NCBI GenBank assembly: GCA_030324005.1
Contig: JARDVH010000001.1
Location: forward strand, 58,743,134 to 58,807,133
Direction: 5' to 3'
Source: Negaprion brevirostris
Taxonomy: Eukaryota
Length of the DNA: 64,000 nucleotides
This document shows positions 61,796 through 64,000 of the stretch, one piece after another (position 1 is the stretch's first letter; every line of letters begins with the position of its first letter). The position numbers were made by a program, and so were the translations under genes. The notes below the pieces were generated by a model. The model worked only from the letters and a program-made list of their open reading frames with translations. It was not told the DNA's origin and searched no databases.

Positions 61796-63204
61796 CTGAA
61801 ATAAAATGTTTTACAATGCATTAATCAAAAATACTAAATTCAACTTTCCTGCATAAAATGCGCCCAACACTGAATACAGGGAAAAGGAAAATGTGAAAAG
61901 AATTCACTAATTTTCAGAAGTAACTTTCTTTTTGTTGCTCAAATTTTGTTCATAAACTCAGTTGTATATTGTCAAAAGTAGAAGCTTCCATAAACCAATA
62001 CATTTTAAAAAGTATTTTTTACATTTGTACTGAAAATGTTTTTTGATGTATTTAAAATGAATATAACATAGTATTAACACAGCTGGAAATTGATTTATTT
62101 TTGTGATAAGCCTATGTTTAGCTCAGCATCAAAGGTGCCCAATTTTAAGTAACTAAAAATGAGCGATACAGAACCATTTAACTTCGCTAGTGCACAGCAG
62201 TTAGGCTCTTCACACATTCAAAACAAAAGCTTTTATATTAGTGTTCTTGTATTAAATATGTTTTATTCTAAGAGCCCCTTCAAAGGAGTGCAAACTGGCA
62301 CCATTAGCAGAAAGTCATCATGACAATTAATTTTATGAGGGCATAGCCAGTTTCAGGAGGCGGTGGGGGTTTGCACAGTCAACTTCCACATCTTCTCCCC
62401 ATGTTCTCTCTCTATTAAATCATTCTTGCTTTTGAGAGGTTTTGAATAACTTCCCCCAACTGCCACCTGCTTTTTCCCACTTTCAACTTTTTTTTGAATA
62501 GCATAGAAGCTTGTGGATTAGTATTTGCAATTTCTTGATCCTTAGTTGGGTACCATTAGCCAAATTACACCAGAAATATCAAAAAACCTTGCAGAAATTT
62601 ATCATCACCTTTTGACATAATTTGTTGGTTGTATTTTGACACAAGTCCAAATGCTTTTTTTTTCTCCTCGTCCCCCCTTTCTCCCTCCCCCTCCGCCCGA
62701 GTAGACATTTTTAATCAAGTTATCCCTCTCCAGTCAACCTAGTTTTAAAATATCCCACCTTCTAGTACTTTTTTCTTTATTACCCTATATCATTTTGCTT
62801 TTCATTCTTCTCACTGGATGATTTTCTGTTGAATGTTTTTATTTCTAGTTGCATACATCTCTAATCTCTATCCTACTAGTCAATCCAGTTCTGATGAAAG
62901 GTTATCTCCCCACAGATGTGCCTGATCTGATAACTGTTACCAGAATTTCTGTTTCAATTTCAGATTTCCAGCTTTTGTTTTAGTCTCTCCAGCCAGTGTT
63001 TATTTCACCTCTCTAAACAGTTCTTATTCCTTCTCCAGTTTCCCCTACCTGGCCGTTTGTAGTATACTTCATTCTCTCTGTGGCTCACCATTTTATATAT
63101 GTGTTCAGAACTTTCTCTCTTCCTTTCTACCCCTACTAGACAGCTCTTGCAAGATTCTCTCCCATTCTATAACATTTCTCCAACATTTGAGCCTGATATT
63201 GAAA

Positions 63205-63500
63205 TAAAGTTTAAAGTTTATTTATTAGTGTTACAAGTAGACTTACATTAACAGTACAATGAAGTTACTGTGAAAATCCCCTAGTCGCCACACTCCGGCA
63301 CCTGTTCAGGTACAGAGGGAGAATTTAGTATGGCCAATGCACCTAACCAGACATCTTTTGGATTGAGGGAAGAAACCGGAGCACCTGAAGGAAACTCAAA
63401 CACAGGGAGAACATGCAAACTCCACATGTGTGACCCAAACCAGGATTCGAACCCAGGCCTCTGGGGCAATAGTGCTAACCACTGTGCCATCATGCCACCC
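63205..63500 (-). mobile_element. V-SINE
   Basis: Head atggcacagtggttagcact, B-box gggttcgaatcc, V-domain and AATAAATAAACTTT tail. Confidence 0.85.
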
Positions 63501-64000
63501 ATGATTATTTACTCAATTAATTTCTCCATTTCAGTTCTTGTTTTTCTTAAATGCTTTTTCGACAATTTTTCTGTAAGCTTTCTCCTTCTCCACCTCAAGT
63601 ATGAACACATTTTCCCCCTCCTCGCAACTATTTTGATTATCTCTTCACAAGTTGTTCTGAACGTTTGCTCATTCTCTCAAATCATCCTCTTTCCTCAACT
63701 GTATGTTTTACCCCCAACTGTTTTTGTTCTCCCATACTACAAAGATTGTGTTTTCTCCTCCCTCCCCAGTTCTTATAACTTGCTTGTTCCTCCTGTCTGT
63801 TTTCTTTCCTTAGCTCCTTTTGCTTGTCACTACCTATATCTATTACGATGCAGTTTTCTTTGCATCTCTCGTGCTCTCCCTGCCCAATCTCCAGCTGCTT
63901 TTTTCACACTCTGGCTTTATAACTTACTCCCCAGCTGTCTTCTCTTCCTCTTAACTATTTTGATCTCTCCCTCTCCTTGCTTTTCAACCTACATGTTGCT

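Noticed and set aside
62600-64000. Pyrimidine-rich end of the window as the MIER3 promoter or exon 1
   Set aside because: No CpG island or ATG-GCG-GAG|gt exon is visible, so exon 1 must lie beyond the window.

Overview
Eukaryotic (vertebrate) genomic DNA, almost certainly from a shark or other chondrichthyan, judged by its HE1-like V-SINEs, Deu-SINEs, CR1/L2 LINEs and Penelope-like remnants. It is a draft assembly with about 17 N gaps. Two convergent spliced genes dominate. SETD9 lies on the + strand (5 coding exons, 2051-11648; first exon not seen). MIER3, an ELM2-SANT corepressor, lies on the - strand (12 coding exons, 61795-26757; ATG exon lies beyond the window). This is the same tail-to-tail pair as at human 5q11.2. 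The supplied ORF track is mostly spurious, so exons were built by hand from splice sites and recalled homology. Most notable observations: (1) a U2-snRNA-derived element that keeps the U6-pairing 5' end, Sm site and stems but has lost the branch-point-recognition sequence; (2) a ~1.7 kb element with 114-bp, 96%-identical inverted arms; (3) a GC-AG intron in MIER3; (4) a false 100-N gap inside the last MIER3 exon; (5) a perfect 23-bp hairpin; (6) degenerate hammerhead-ribozyme motifs; (7) two probable decayed DIRS-type retroelements. I found no evidence for a prokaryote-style novel system. All family calls are by eye and need database confirmation.
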